Origin: Marsupella aquatica
Taxonomy: Eukaryota; Plantae; Marchantiophyta
NCBI GenBank assembly: GCA_973895155.1
Contig: OZ316896.1
Span: 9,745,525 to 9,809,524, forward strand
Reading direction: 5' to 3'
Length of the DNA: 64,000 nt
In this document: positions 13,801 through 27,770 of the stretch, piece after piece
Layout of the letters: every line of letters begins with the position of its first letter
Position numbering within the stretch: the stretch's first letter is position 1
Notes under the pieces: model-generated
Seen by the model: only the letters and a program-made list of their open reading frames with translations
The model's database searches: none
Told to the model about the DNA's origin: nothing
Translations under genes and position numbers: made by a program

Positions 13801-15725
13801 CGCCGCAGCCTGATTGAATGTCTCCAATGAAATCAACATTGGGCAGGGAAAGCTTAGCTTTAATCAAGTTCCAGTATTGACTTCATTTGAGATCTTCATG
13901 AAATTAAGCTCTCAGACGGAGTGTTGCTATCAAGCTGCAGTATTGATTGAAGCTCAAACATTATCATTTTCCCGCTCGACCCGTCTTTGCTCTATCCCCA
14001 TGCATACTAGATAAACCCATCTCTGGTGGAATAGTGTGAATCGAGGAATTGGACAACCAGCAATTCCAAATATCAACCATCGCTATCTGGAGAGAGTTTC
14101 CGTATGCACTGCCTAGGTTCCACTCTTGAACAATTGTGCAGAAACCCCACTCGAACGATAGACCTTGTCCCAGTGAAAAGCATTCCTGCAATGGACTTTG
14201 TCTACGGGTAAACTGGGTACAACTGACTGTCCGTGATGTAAGTAAACTGGGTACAACTGACTGTCCGTGAAATCAGAATTTGCTGAGAAAAGTAAGTACC
14301 CTGTGCAAAAGAAGACTTTAGATTACCACCCTGCACAAATCTCGTCAGCTCATTACCTACCGAACGCTATGGGTGACACAATGAGCAGTGCACACGTGTT
14401 GCTACGGACTGAGGCATGAACAATCACTTCGACACTTCCATACATAGTGCTTTTCGAGGCTTACCAAAGATAAGTGGCGCAGCTTTCCATCCACCAGTCT
14501 TGGTCCGATCAGCCAGTCGGCCTTTTCTGTCCAAAGATCCATTTCCAACTAGGTATGAACTCTGATCGTCGTAGTCGCCTGCTTTTTCTTCATCGCCGGA
14601 CTGCAATCATCGAATCAAACGTCAAGATGGCGCCAAAGTGACAAGTTTTTGGTCTTCACTCAAATTGGACATTTGTGAAAGCAATCCAAACAAAGGGAGA
14701 AAAACCTCACTTGATATCCTACCAGCCAATTCTGTTCCCTTGGCTAACAGTTAACATCTCTTTTGCTAACTTCAGCCTGACCATTCTAGCTACTCTAGAA
14801 ATCGTTCCTTAAACTCGGCAGGGACTTCCAGTTACTTTGGTTGCTGGGACAAGGCATCCAGAGTAACATTATGCATCAACCGCCCACCGGCGAAAGGGCA
14901 ACTCATTTCCGCATACTACAGCTCAATGAACTTTGTGAATTCTAAGGGAACCACATCCGCAAATTATCAGGCAGTCCTCTCCTCTACCCACGTCCAAATA
15001 TCACTACTCTAAATGACCACTGGCTAACTCTCACAGCCACTAAATAGGACTTTCCTCGCTATGGCTTAAAAGCTGAAGGATAATTGGGGTCATTCCAGAA
15101 AGACGGTGCCTTGGGGTGCCTGATATACAAGTCAGAATGCTTAACTAACGAGTTGTGAAACAGTTTGAGTTTGAATGAGCCACATATCTTCGCTCAGTTT
15201 TCAAAGCAATCCTGCGAAGGCTATCTCAAGACAACTCACGAGCGTAGATGCAGATGGAAACCGCAACAATAAGAGGGATTGTCTCGGGAGAACCAGGCTC
15301 GATTGTGAGTTCGACATGCGAGGTGCAACGGTAATCGAGTAGTGATACTTGAACCCAAAAGGGGTCCTGTCTACTTTAGGCAAACAATTGCAATCCCAAT
15401 AAGCACTGACCACGACCGTAGCGACGTGGAAAAGGAAATAACTCTTCCCTGCTGGAGATGATGTGGACAAGAAGGAATTCACTGCCACTGTGGAAACGCA
15501 ATAAGCTTCCAAATCGACAGATTTCTCCGGAATCCCTTTTCAAACAATGACAAGAATTGTGTGCACGTAAAGCAGAGAGACTATGAAAACGATGGAACAT
15601 GAAAATGATACTAGAAATATCTCTCGAATTGTAAGTACGGTACCGACGGCAATTGTAACTGGAACTTCACCAATTACTAAAACCGATGGATGTGGGTGTG
15701 ACAGCTTTCAGGTGTTCACCTCCAT
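10886..15725 (-). CDS. NPF: NRT1/PTR family (NPF) nitrate/peptide/hormone transporter, 5 coding exons
   Basis: Exons 15725-15720 (ATG GAG), 14600-14465, 13601-13384, 12982-12417 and 11756-10886, all GT-AG and phase-consistent. Motifs: KTGGWKAA, ExxER (TELAER), GGIKPNISSIGADQFD, FFNWYYF, PGGSP, LDKAA, LCTVSQVEELK, FFY.EAP..MRS. Confidence 0.95.
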
Positions 15726-18159
15726 GGCACGGCCAAAAGTCTTCTGTCGCAGAGGCCGGTATTGAATGCCCTCCCGAACTGCCACGAACAGAAGACAATT
15801 TGTTGGTTATCGACAACCAGAACAGGGCCGTAGCAGCCATGTGTAAACAATGTCCTGATCAACACCCATATCATGACCAAAAACTCGGCTAACAAACAAC
15901 CTAAACGTAGCCAGCGCCAGCTAGCCACCCAGCCTCGTTGCACCCACCCAGCCTCATGATCCTGTCTGGCTAGAAGCACCCTCACTTCCCGTTCTTCTTC
16001 ATCCTGAAACGCCTTCCTCGCCTCGTTGACTCCAAGCTCGCGAGTGCAATCGGGAACAACAATTAACTCAAGTGGATGCACTACTGAAAACCAATTCGAA
16101 AAGAAGCCTGCCAATGCCAAAGTGGCAGAAAGGACCATGATCTACGGCACCGTACCGTCATTGTGCTGTCCACGGGGCCGCATCAGATTCTGTGCTGTAA
16201 TAAGCATGAATAATTATCACCCTCTCGATCCCTAATGGTGATGACAACGACCCAGTAGCCCGGACAGTGTAGGTTTCTCGCACTGGTAGCGCACTAGCAA
16301 ATCAGACGGGCTCGGTGCCTATTGCGCGCTCGCTCGCTCGCCCGCTCGACAAAAGCTCACCTACGACCGTCCTCTCCACTTCGCACACCCCGAATTTTCT
16401 CTTGCGGATGTTTTGTTCAGAGGAAGAGAGCATCCTTCCATGGCGGCAAACGTTTGTATGTACGCTCCCACTTCGCGCATCCCAGACAGAAGGATCGAGA
16501 GTATCTTAGCACAGGATATTCTTCATTCGTGGAGATACCTGAATCCAAACCGTCAATTCTCAGAATCCATCGCCGACAGAACTTCCCAGCACCTCACCGG
16601 ATGCGTTTGCAACCGGAAAGAACGGAGCGTACACGACTGGGATCACTTTTCTCTCGCTTAATCCTGACATTGATCACAAAGATCAATTTGCAGATAAAGT
16701 CCGCAACAGCAAACCAGAAAGGCCGACGTGACACTGCAGGCTACAGTGCTGAGTACTTCGAGATCTGGAGTAGGTCTGTGTAGGAATTAAATGTCGCACT
16801 GTTCCCAGGTTGATTCGTACTAAAGCGCTTTCCAATCTTTGGTCCCCTATAGGCAGTCAATGAGTGCTTACTGGCGAACACACACTAGGCGGGGTACGGA
16901 TTTGTGCTTCGTTAGAACCACTACCGTCATTACCGGGATCGTGCTTTGAGGAGCAGTCGAACGCAGTCGCATAAAATCAGCTGTCCATGGATTTGTTTTG
17001 GATCCATGACAAGACAATACTTTACACCGATAAAGCTACTGCGATGGGGGTGGGCCCTGGCACTTTCGCATGGAAGCATGGGAAATTACTGTTCTCCATT
17101 CTCATACTCTAATTCTGACAGGCAATTACACAAGAACGAGAGAGAATGTGTCGATTGTCGACCTTAACTTGTCACTTGGACTTGTCACTTATCTATTAAG
17201 TCAAGTTTCATAAAGCACTTGTCTTCCTTGTCGTTTCTATCGTCTCAATCCACTGGCAATTGACCTCTATTTCCGTGTCACGGACTGTAATCTCTAATCT
17301 GTCCGTGGCCCGCTTTCTTCGGGTTCTGCGGACGGATTGGAAACAACTTCAATTTCTAAAAGCGCTTTAGCTCAATTATGCTCCTCGATAAACTCCAAAC
17401 TACGCGATAATCAAAATGCTACAGTTGAACGATAGAACAGAGGTATGTCTCAATGAAATCTTGCAAGGCAAATGTCTGGCGAGTATCATCAAGGGCATCA
17501 GGGCATGGCACCTTCACGCCATCATTCTTGACGCAATACTAGACCGGGCCCCGCCACACCATAGATGCGGGTACGGTACGTTTCGCAGCAAATCAGCTCT
17601 ATCATGAGAATCTGTAGTACAGTAGGTATCATAGATCGTTCTAGGTCTCACTCACTCTATTCTCTATTCATCAGTACTTTGCATTAATCCAATCCGGTGG
17701 TCCACCGATCCCATCAGACTATCGGAGTTCCGACTGCACTGTCCGAAAGCGAAGAGTACAATTGTGCGTCGAACTGAAAGGTGATTGTTGGGAATAATGA
17801 GCTGGTGCGTCCAGCGTTATGAGTGCATCCCGACCCTGAAGAACAGAGGCACAGAGCTCCGATTTCGAGTTCCATCGTTCTGTGCTTCACAATTGTTCAA
17901 TCGAAAGACTGCCGAAAGTCCGAAATACTTTTTTCTGTCCGTCTGTCCTTGCTTCCGCTCTGGCCATGGATAAATCGCACGAGGAGGGCATCAGTCAGGC
18001 AGGTTTTGCACTTTTACCAACGCTCTGATTTATGAAGCCCTTTTTTGGTCACGGCCAACATTTCGACCATCCGATTTGCTTTTCCGTGTCCCTCTTGCAT
18101 ATCAAAATATGACATATATCATCTCAAAGTATGACATATGTGGTGTTTGACATGGCTCC

Positions 18160-18402
18160 ATGCGATCATAAACTTCATTATTTTCTTTAAATATTTTCTT
18201 TAAATTAATGAGCGCAAAGAGTATGTTATTACTTTTTAGATGTGTGATTACTGGCAGGGCAGCTCGGACAAAGGGGACTCACGCAATCATAAACTTCATT
18301 ATTTTCTTTAAATATTTTCTTTAAATTAATGAGCACAAAGAGTATGTTAATTTTTTTTTTGATGTGCGATTACTGGCAGGGCAGCTCTGAGTAAGGGGAC
18401 TC
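18160..18402. repeat. Tandem duplication, about 122 bp x2
   Basis: ATCATAAACTTCATTATTTTCTTTAAATATTTTCTTTAAATTAATGAGC...TTACTGGCAGGGCAGCTC...GGGGACTCA occurs twice in succession. Confidence 0.9.
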
Positions 18403-18509
18403 AACTGTCCTTCGGTCCAATCAAGGAATCTGGATTGAGAGAGAATGTGATTCGAGAGTAATTAGTTGCCGACCACCTATGCTGTCCCTTGTAGACGCTA
18501 GAGTACTAG

Positions 18510-18802
18510 GGCATCTCAAATACGGTCAATCTTCACGGGTGACCGCACCCAAGAGTGTTGCAGGAAGGATTGGTCAGGCACCAAATGTGAGGCCCGACCA
18601 GTCACGACAAGGAGTGAGCGAAACAGAGGGCCCAACTGCCACGAGGAAGAGGCCTGATCTTTGAGTTGTCATTGACTCAGGTTGCCATTCACACACAGTG
18701 CCACGACCCCTCTCAAATTTGACTGTTGCACCCAGTTATGGTGTGCCCTAGGCAATGGCACGCGGATTGTAATGTGGTTTCTTTTTCAATATTTGAGAAG
18801 CC
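18510..18802. mobile_element. Possible Tourist/Harbinger-like MITE
   Basis: Short inverted ends GGCATCTCAAATA / TATTTGAGAAGCC (12/13 match), similar to Harbinger-type GCATCTC termini. The TSD is not clean. Confidence 0.35.
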
Positions 18803-19406
18803 ATACTGAAGTCCCTAGCTACCTGAGCCCAAACATGGGACCTGCAAGACATAGTTCAAGTTTAGGGGTGTCCTAACCTAAACTAAGGGCCTACTTGCAT
18901 GTGCCATCATCTTAAAAAATGTGACTTTACTACTCTTGAATTGTTGGCAAAAAGCAACATACAAAATCTGCACACAATTAGCTAAGGCAAGTATTTCATT
19001 TTGTTTTATTTGAGATTGCAAGGTTGGGACAGTAAGCGCTGCAAACTATGCGGCCCTTGCCCTTGAAAGTGCACTTGTTTAGCCGAGAGGACTGGCTGAG
19101 AGGGGGGCAAGGGCAAGAAAGTTTTGGTCAGTACCATGGTTCCACCTCATCACAGGTAGGGCAGAGTATTTCAGGACCCTCACATCCAACACAGCCCTAA
19201 GGGCTGTCTTACATGTGCAGCATCTTCAGAAAATCGACCCTTAACACTACGGAATCGATGGACAAAAGTGCTGAGCAATCTCCACCTAATCTGCTACAAA
19301 GACATGTAACTTTAGCCTGGCCTCTGTGTCATATCATGTTGCTTGATTGTGCAGGGGAGGAGTTTGCCTGAACTCTTATAGTGGAAAGTGGATTCTGTTG
19401 TCATAT

Positions 19407-19642
19407 TCATACATGAAAGGTTGGGAGAGTGGCCTGAAAGTTTCTCACCTTTGCCCTTCAAAGTCCTCAAAAGTACTGCTGTGAGGACTACCTCAGGAAG
19501 GGGCAAGTCTCACTCATAGCCTGTTCATTCATGAAAGGTTGGGACAGTGGCCTGAAAGTTTCTCACCTTTGCCCTTCAAAGTCCTCAAGTACTGCTGTGA
19601 GGACTACCTCAGGAGGGGGCAAGTCTCGCTCACTCATAGCCT
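19407..19642. repeat. Tandem duplication, about 118 bp x2
   Basis: CATGAAAGGTTGGGA.AGTGGCCTGAAAGTTT..CTCACCTTTGCCCTTCAAAGTCCTCAA..CTCACTCATAGCCTG occurs twice. Confidence 0.9.
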
Positions 19643-22600
19643 GCCACCAGTGTCTACATGCAACTGGCCCTAGCCCAACTCACATGTGGGAGGTGAAACC
19701 CTTGCAAAAAGCAAATGATTGCAAGATGTACACTCCACGAGGCTCTTGGTGCCCCTCTTTTTGGTTTGTCAGTGTCCTTTTTCGTTCTGTCCTTTTTCGT
19801 TTTCTTCCTAAGGTTGAAGTGAGGACCTCTGGGCCTTCCCAGGGCTGAAGTGAGGACCTCTAAGGGCCAGAAAGTTTCCGCCCTTGCCAACGTAACTCCT
19901 TATTTCTAGCATGTAACTCCTTATTCCCAGCTGTCAGGCCTGGCACAGGAGAGGGGCAAGGCATTGCTGTCTCGCTCAATTCAATTCTGCAGTTTGAGGG
20001 CCGTATTGTCAAAGGCCACTCACATGCAAGTTGGCCTAGGGCCGTCTTCCATGCATAAGGTCATGAATAATCGGCACTGATCACTCTTACAGTCATTAAA
20101 AAGTGCATGGCAAATCTCAGAGAATCAGCTCAAGTAAACAAGTAAACAAGTATTTCATTTGTTTTATTAGAAATTTAAATTGAAGGGCGAGGAGACGAAG
20201 GGCCGAAAACTTGCCGGCCCTTGCTCTTGAGTATGCTGAAATGCTCCCGTCAGGGATGAGTAAGGAGTGGGTTGAGGAATGAATCTCTCATTCATTCATT
20301 TCTTCTCCTCAACTCTCACACGAGGTCGTGGCCACAAAAGTGGCACCCTCCCATTCAATTGAATCTCGGGAGAAACTTGCGAGTTGTTTCCATTTGAGCC
20401 TCTGGATGGCATAAAGAGGGCTTTCTTCTTCTCAATTCTCACAACATGAGGGCTGACAATGTCGATAGTCTTGGGCAAGATGCCGAGCTCACTAGTTTAC
20501 AATGCTCCGAGCACCAATTACGGTGGATGCTGTCTCAACAACTGATGACTATCGACAACGTGTTGCTATCCCTAAATCCTAATGCCTATAAACTAGCATT
20601 TACACAACTGCCAATTTTGTGTATCTAATGTTTTCCGAAAGCTAAAGATCGCAGGCCATCCACAAATCTCACACCGTGATGACAACTTCAACACGCTGTT
20701 CGCAATTAGTATCACGAGTCGATCCAAGCTCTTACCTACAAAGATCATACCAAAATAATCAGTACACTCACTGAACTCAAATTGATCAGAAGACTATTCC
20801 AGTTTGACTGATAAGATCCCCCCAAAAGTTGGCTAGAGATTGTCAGGTCAACTTGAAATCCAGGTTGAAACGAGTACAACGTCGAGTGGAAGAGCTTGCA
20901 CAGCGAGCTCTTAGTAAATAGGACTACCCCCGAACCCTCGGATAACACTCTCGTCAGTAATTAAGCTTGGAATAAACGTAACTATTCATTTACGCCAGTA
21001 GATTTAAGCCTCCGTGCTAAACAGAAAACTGAACAAATGCCAGTACTATTTCTGCCAACATGTATAAAGCTACGAGCTTTCAACATTTTCACATTAGTGC
21101 TAAGGATAGTGAGTAATGAATGAACAGGCATGACTGACGAATTTGGTAATGAATCAATAATCCTCCCCTCCAAAAGCTCAAAATTCATACCTGTGACATC
21201 CAGTTCGTAGGATGTACAAATACACGCAAGCAAAATGATAACCAGAAGACAGACCTTCCGGTAGAATCTGCACTGTTTGGGAAGATTCGTGCACATTTTC
21301 AAGACCAATGTTTCAACCCAAATATTCAAGAGGCATCTCAAAAGCTCTTTAGGTGGTTCTCGAAATGAAATCTGCTTCCCAGGTCATTCGCCATCAAGAT
21401 ATCTTTTGAACATTTGGTTTGATATCTTTGGTTCTGAAAATGTGCATGACAGCTTCTAGAAAAGTGAATAGACCACTGTGCTAAGGGATAGCTCGTCAGC
21501 TTCCACAAGATACAGATGCTACTGTCATCAAGCTCCATGTCACAACCATACCTTAAAAACAGTTGTCAATCATGACAAGAAATACAATATCATCCAAATT
21601 AGATGGGCAAACAGAAAGTGTCAGGTGACTCTGCCATCTGTTTGCATCACGAGGATACAGTGGAAATTTTCAAACTAGTCGCAAGCTAGGCATCGAATGT
21701 CAGAACTTTCGCACAAGCCAAATTGGAATAAAGCGAACGCAAATTCAGTGCCTGTTGCAAATATCTAATTGAAGAGATATCCGCAAATAAAAACAGTATT
21801 TGCTTTTGTTCAAGATATGTTTCTCAGCTGACGGCGAAGTTTGCAGGAATGGAGTAGCCAAATGCATGCTGCTCTTCAACGCATTTCTTAAAAAAAGGCA
21901 TGGCAGTTTTAGAGTTCTCGATGGCTCACCATGAAAACCAAGGCTCTAATATACTTCAGATAATCTGAAATGTTCTCATCGTTAAGCGTTAGCGCAGTCT
22001 TGATTGTACGGTTTCAAGACAGTTCAAAAGTATTTCTGGGACTTCCGGTTTGATGTTGACGAGTAATCTGTTACGCACACACATTTTGTACCATAATCCA
22101 AAACCAGTGGAGGGATTTGATCGCCCTACTTCTAAAAGGATTACTGTATTAAGTACTGCAAGCTGTCAGTGAAAACAGTGGATCCAACTACTTTACCCAT
22201 GGCAAAGATTTAAAATGCTGAGTTGATAACGTACCAAAATGAAACTTGTGTATTGTATGTGTGAGGAGAGGAAGAAAAGAAGTATGCAAAGGCCACAGGA
22301 AGTCCTCGTCTCGCACAATGAATACTTGATTCTGTTCATCCAAGATCGTCCTCTTCTCACTGGTGTGGTGACTCAGTGGCTCGATGGCATTCGCCTTCTG
22401 TCATTGATAGTAGCATTCCAGTCGATCTTAGACGCTTCCAAGCCCGCTTTGCCGCTTTATACCTTTAGAAGTAGGACTGCAACTGCCATTCTCAGCGATA
22501 TGGAAAGTCAGTACACAAAAAGTTTGATAAAAGAATATTGCGCATCTTGGTGATTGTTTCCGAGATTTCCATTCAAGGCAGGCGGCATTTAAGAGGCCAG

Positions 22601-24474
22601 ACTATATTTTGAACTAATCATAGAACTGTAAGTTTTGTCATGGACCTACCACAATTATCACCAAAGTGAGAAGCTTTCCTACCAAGTGATGGAACACAAG
22701 TACCTGCTTGATTGAATCAATAGACGTCGTTGAACCAAGACACAGGATCCTTCAAGTCATCGAGAAACGCAAGCTTTCATCTCCAGTCTGGCCAAAAATA
22801 CTGAGTCACCACACCAAATTAGATTCTCCTAGCCTCAGAGTTGATTATCAACTGGCATCATATGTCCAGTGAGTAGACTTCAAGCTCTACTTGCCCGATC
22901 TGGAGTGCAATCAATGTAGGAGACTCGAACGTCCACGAGCGGGCAGAATAGAGCTACTTGACAGGCAGCTCAGAAATATCGTGAACGAACAAGAGACTCT
23001 GCTATCACGTGCCATCAAAAAGTACAACTCCATGCTCATGCTCATGCTATACAATTCATATCGATCTAGACCTCTCATATGAGCTGCCATGAAAGCAAAA
23101 TCCAGTCGTGGTGCAGCATCAACGTTGCAGACAAGTGCGGCGGCAATTGACGAGCTTCTCTCGATACGAACCCTAGCTTCACAACAACGCAGTGAACATG
23201 CAATGTGCGGGTAGAGAAGCTCACGTACAAGAGCTCACTCGAAAACCTAGAGTCCCCTCGAAGGACGGGAGGCGATTCCTGCGCCTTCCAAGAGCCGTTG
23301 GATCACCAACTCGTCCCTGCGCCTACAGTCCACCGTTCGATGAAATGTAGGGTCTGATGGTCCCGTCCTCCCATCCTTTGCATAGCCTTTGTCCAGGGCT
23401 AGTCTGTCCCCGCAATCAGCCTTTGCCTCTGTCCTGTTGAGGGTGATCAAAGTCACTTTGAGGGAGACTGGAGACACCTTTGATTGGAGGGATAGGTGCA
23501 ATGACAACCATTGAATGTGAAGAAGCTAATTTTCTTGACTTGCAAACAAAACTAGTGGCATTGTGATAAATAGATAAAATTCAGTGGCAGTGTAGTAAAT
23601 CTGAGTTTACCCTTCCCATTCCAAACTCAAGTTTCACCAAATCCTTTCTATTACAATGATTGTCCTCCTAGACAGGGTGCAATTCTGGCTCATCTTTATT
23701 GCTCCAGCTTTCTGTTTCAAAAAAGAAGAAGCAAAATGTGAGCACACACATTCTTAACGTTTTTCCTTTTTTGCCAGGGAGGCAATGCCACTCATAGAGC
23801 ACAAGATGCTAGGAATCTTCTTTACCTAGTTTTTCTAGATTAATTTTGACTGTCGGATCTCCCTGTGTTTAAGGATAACCCTCAGATTCTTATGCTAGAG
23901 GGGTCTTGGCTAGGTGTGCAATGGGCCAATGGAAGCCAAACACCCTGGCCAATTTTAACCAAAAGAAGAGAGAACTTGTTGAGAGAGGTGGAATCTAGCC
24001 AATTTTTGCTACAACAAAGGAGACTATGCTAGTAATATTCCTTGACTAATCTTCCCAGATTAATTTTTGACCCAAACATTTCCTAGATTCTGGCTGATGG
24101 GGTCTGTGCCTAGGTGTGAAACTGAAATGTGGAAGATATAAACCATAGCCAAATTTTGACAAAAGTGGCCAAGACTTTTCAGATAGGTGGATCTAGCAAA
24201 ATTTTTACCATTAAAAAAATTTGGCACAACTCTTTGTGCCACTCACTGCACTGCAGCAGGGGCTCGCACTTTATGTGGCTGTCAAACAAAAGCATGAGCA
24301 CATAGGTAGCTTTGCTCTTGCTGGGTTATTTTCCAATCTAAGCTTGCAAACTGACTGCAATGGAAAAAGAATTAGTTCTTCGCGTGTCCATAGCGAAACT
24401 AGTGCCCCCAAAACTTAGCAGCATTATATTGTGGTTTGAGGGCATTGTCCTAGGTTGCCACTAAAGATGACAAA

Positions 24475-24850
24475 AATAACAAGACTGTCACTACTTTTCT
24501 TGTACTTGTAAATATACCACACTTTTCCTCTATGGTTACTTGGGTTAGCTGATTCATGCCCCACACACCAAATATCCCTTTTGCCTAGTGTAGCTTTCAT
24601 TCTTGTGTTTTGCATTCAATGTTGTTTCTGTGTATTGGAAGTGAAAATCCCCAAGCACCTGTGCACTGCAGTGAGTTGAGGTGATTGAAGTGCAACCAAC
24701 TGAAGTTTCAAAAACCTGGAAAGACAAAAACCTGGACAGATCTTAGATCAATTCATGAAGACAATGTGGCACTACTGTTAACCCAAGTAACCATAGACAA
24801 AAAGTGTGACATATTTACAACTACAGAAAAATAGCAACAGTATTGTTATT
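24475..24850. mobile_element. MITE-like element with about 75-bp imperfect terminal inverted repeats
   Basis: AATAACAAGACTGTCACTAC...CTATGGTTACTTGGGTTA is inverted at TAACCCAAGTAACCATAG...GCAACAGTATTGTTATT. Confidence 0.65.
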
Positions 24851-26142
24851 CCTGCATTTGAAGGATATATTTTGCTTTCCTAGTAGTCACCTCATTTTTC
24901 ATACTTATTGACCAGGTTTCTACTTCATTTACCTTTCACATATAACTCTTTCTGTCGGGGCATACTACTGTTGGAACTATCAAGTTCACGTATGTGCTTG
25001 CAAACAGTTGATATGTTTTCTTTTCAAATTGTAGTGCAATGCCATAAATAATTAGGTAATGCTTACCGTATGACTAAAATATGCATTCTAAAAGTTTTAC
25101 AAGTTTATTGGGACTCATGTTTATCAGTAATTGTTAATTTTTGGCGCAAACTTGGTTTTCACTAGGGTAGTCCCATCCTGGCACCTACCCACCTATCCTA
25201 GCCTACTTGCCGTTTCATTTACATGGAGCTTTTAGCCATCCCTATAGTGTGAGTTTCTATTTCGGAGAGGGTTACTTACAGCAAGGGAATTCTCCCCAGT
25301 AAAGCATATTGGGTATGCAAGCTGCCCTTCAGCTTTAGAGTAAAGCATCTTGGGTAGGCAAACTGCCCTCCAGCTTTTTGGTATATGCACATCAAATTGC
25401 AGCAGCATAAGTGCACTGTCACATGAAAATGTGCCCACATGTTGGACACATTTTCCATACCCCAATTGTTGCGTTATGTCAGTGAGCGCTGGCTCCTTTT
25501 ATGTATGTGGATGACATGTGCCCAGATTTTCCACACCCCCAGTGAGTGATGCTTCCCTTTGTATATCTGGATACAAATGTAAGCGTAAGGTGCTCCTTAT
25601 TTATCAGGATCAAAATGACTGTTCATTTTTATGTATCTGGATCAAAATACAGCAGCATAAGGTGTACTGTGTCACATGACATGTGCCCACAGGTTCGAGG
25701 GAGTGCCCTTTTCTTATCTGGTGCGGTTTTTTTATGCGTAATTAGCAGGATGAGTCTTGCTCCTTTTCCGTATGTGGCTGCTGCTTTTCAGCGTGTGAGT
25801 ACTCCTTTTCTGTATCTGACTGCTGGTTTTGATTGCTCAGTTTCTGTATCTGGCTGCTGTTTTTTGATGTGAAGGTACCAGGATGAGTAGTCATGGTCTG
25901 TATCTGTCTGCTGCATTTTAATGTGGTAAGTTCTGGGATGAGTCTGCTTTTTAATGTGTAAGTACTCCTTTTCCTTATCTCGCTGCTGGTTTTGATTGCT
26001 CATTTTGTATCTGGCTCTGATTTTTGATGCTTAAGTACTAGGATGAGTAGTCATGCTCCTCTGTATCTGGCTGCTGCTTTTTTTAATTTGTAAGTACTGG
26101 GATGAGTCTTGCTCCCTTTCCATTTCTAGCTGGTGCCTACGA

Positions 26143-26259
26143 TGTGCAATTACAGGGATGCAAGCTTTCTATTGGACAATACCCGTGCAATTACCGGATG
26201 CAAGCTTTCTATTGGACAATACCCGTGCAATTACCGGATGCAAGCTTTCTATTGGACAA
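26143..26259. repeat. 39-bp tandem repeat x3
   Basis: GTGCAATTACCGGATGCAAGCTTTCTATTGGACAATACCC-type unit repeated three times. Confidence 0.9.
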
Positions 26260-27770
26260 TGCCTCGGTGAGAAGGCACCGCCCCGCACCTTAGCATTGCC
26301 TCATACCAGATCGACTTGGAAGAAAATCAATGCTTTCTGACTGTAACGACACCAAAGATTCGACCACAACGTTGAAATCTACTCCAAAGTGGAATAGTTT
26401 CCTCCACGGCACTGGCACCATGTTCTGCCTACAGTAGGGGGAAAGGTAGCTACAACGCAAATCTTATAGCTGGTGGTATGGCGTCTTCCCATTACGGTCT
26501 ATAAGTTCCCAAGCATCTACTGCATACATCCTTCGATGCTTGCATTTGCATCTCAGGATAGGTAGAACCCAAACACCACATCAGGAGTAAAGAGCTTAGT
26601 GTAATTAGTTCGGCTAGACCAAAGCATCTCTAACATCAAAACCACGCATCCAACTAGTGCTTTCACAGATGCCACTCGACACACCAGTCTGAATCTTTTG
26701 TGCAATTACTTGAAGTACCGGGATCAGGAGAAGAAGAATGTTATTCAAAATTTGCCACACGTTTAAAGTGCCCAATTTAAGTTGCTGCATGAATGGATGA
26801 GAATACGGCAGCATGATGTCTATTGAAAGAGGATCTCCTCGAGAAGGCAAGCATTCTGCTTTTCTAACTCACACCACTAAAATTGCCATAAATCATTTAC
26901 AAATGTTTCAACCCAATGACCAGCAGACATCAATTAAGAGATGGCTTGTAATTAGTTCTGACGCAATCTGGGGTTCAGAACTGCAAGAGAAGATCACTTA
27001 TCTTTGCAGTTGTCCAGAAAAGATGGCATATGAATTCTAATTCTAATCATCACAGTACAGTTATACATGCACTAGAGGTTCCTGAACCCGGTCTAAGGGC
27101 GGAAGGACAATATCACAAGACTACAGCAAATTTTATCACTACGTCTGATGCGGACACATGGCCACCTCATCTGCAAGATAAGCCAGGGCGGCTCAAACAT
27201 CACAGATCGTAATTTTAATAAACTTAAACTCTTACGTTGAATTGACCTCGTTGAGAAGATCCATCACAGATGAGTCTGTTGCCTCTAAAAACCCGGAGCA
27301 TACAAGCACGACAGTATGGAGCGCTCGTCAAGCGAACCCCTCGGTGTAAGACTCCACGAGGAAAGTCGTTCACAGAAATCCCAAACCGTGTCCCTTCGTT
27401 GGCACCGCAAAGCACGTCCTGCCTCGAGCCTACGAATATCAAAGGAGTGTACTCATCGACACAAGTACCAAATCCATAGGAGCGCGCATCGACAGAACTA
27501 ACTATCTGAGGGTCAAGTCCGTATGCTGGGACTGCACTGGTGACAGTATTGACAGTAGCAATCGTTTCGCCCCAAGAGAAACCCTGTAATGGCAAATTCT
27601 CCAACAGAATCACCACACTATACATCTCTCATCTACTGCTTGATTATGACGGCCATTCTAAATTTGATCCCCTGTATGGAATCAAGTCGGCAAAATAATC
27701 AGGATGAGTAGACTTGAATGAATGTCGGAAAATCAGATTCGGTGAAGAACGTTCTTCAACGCAGAAGTGT

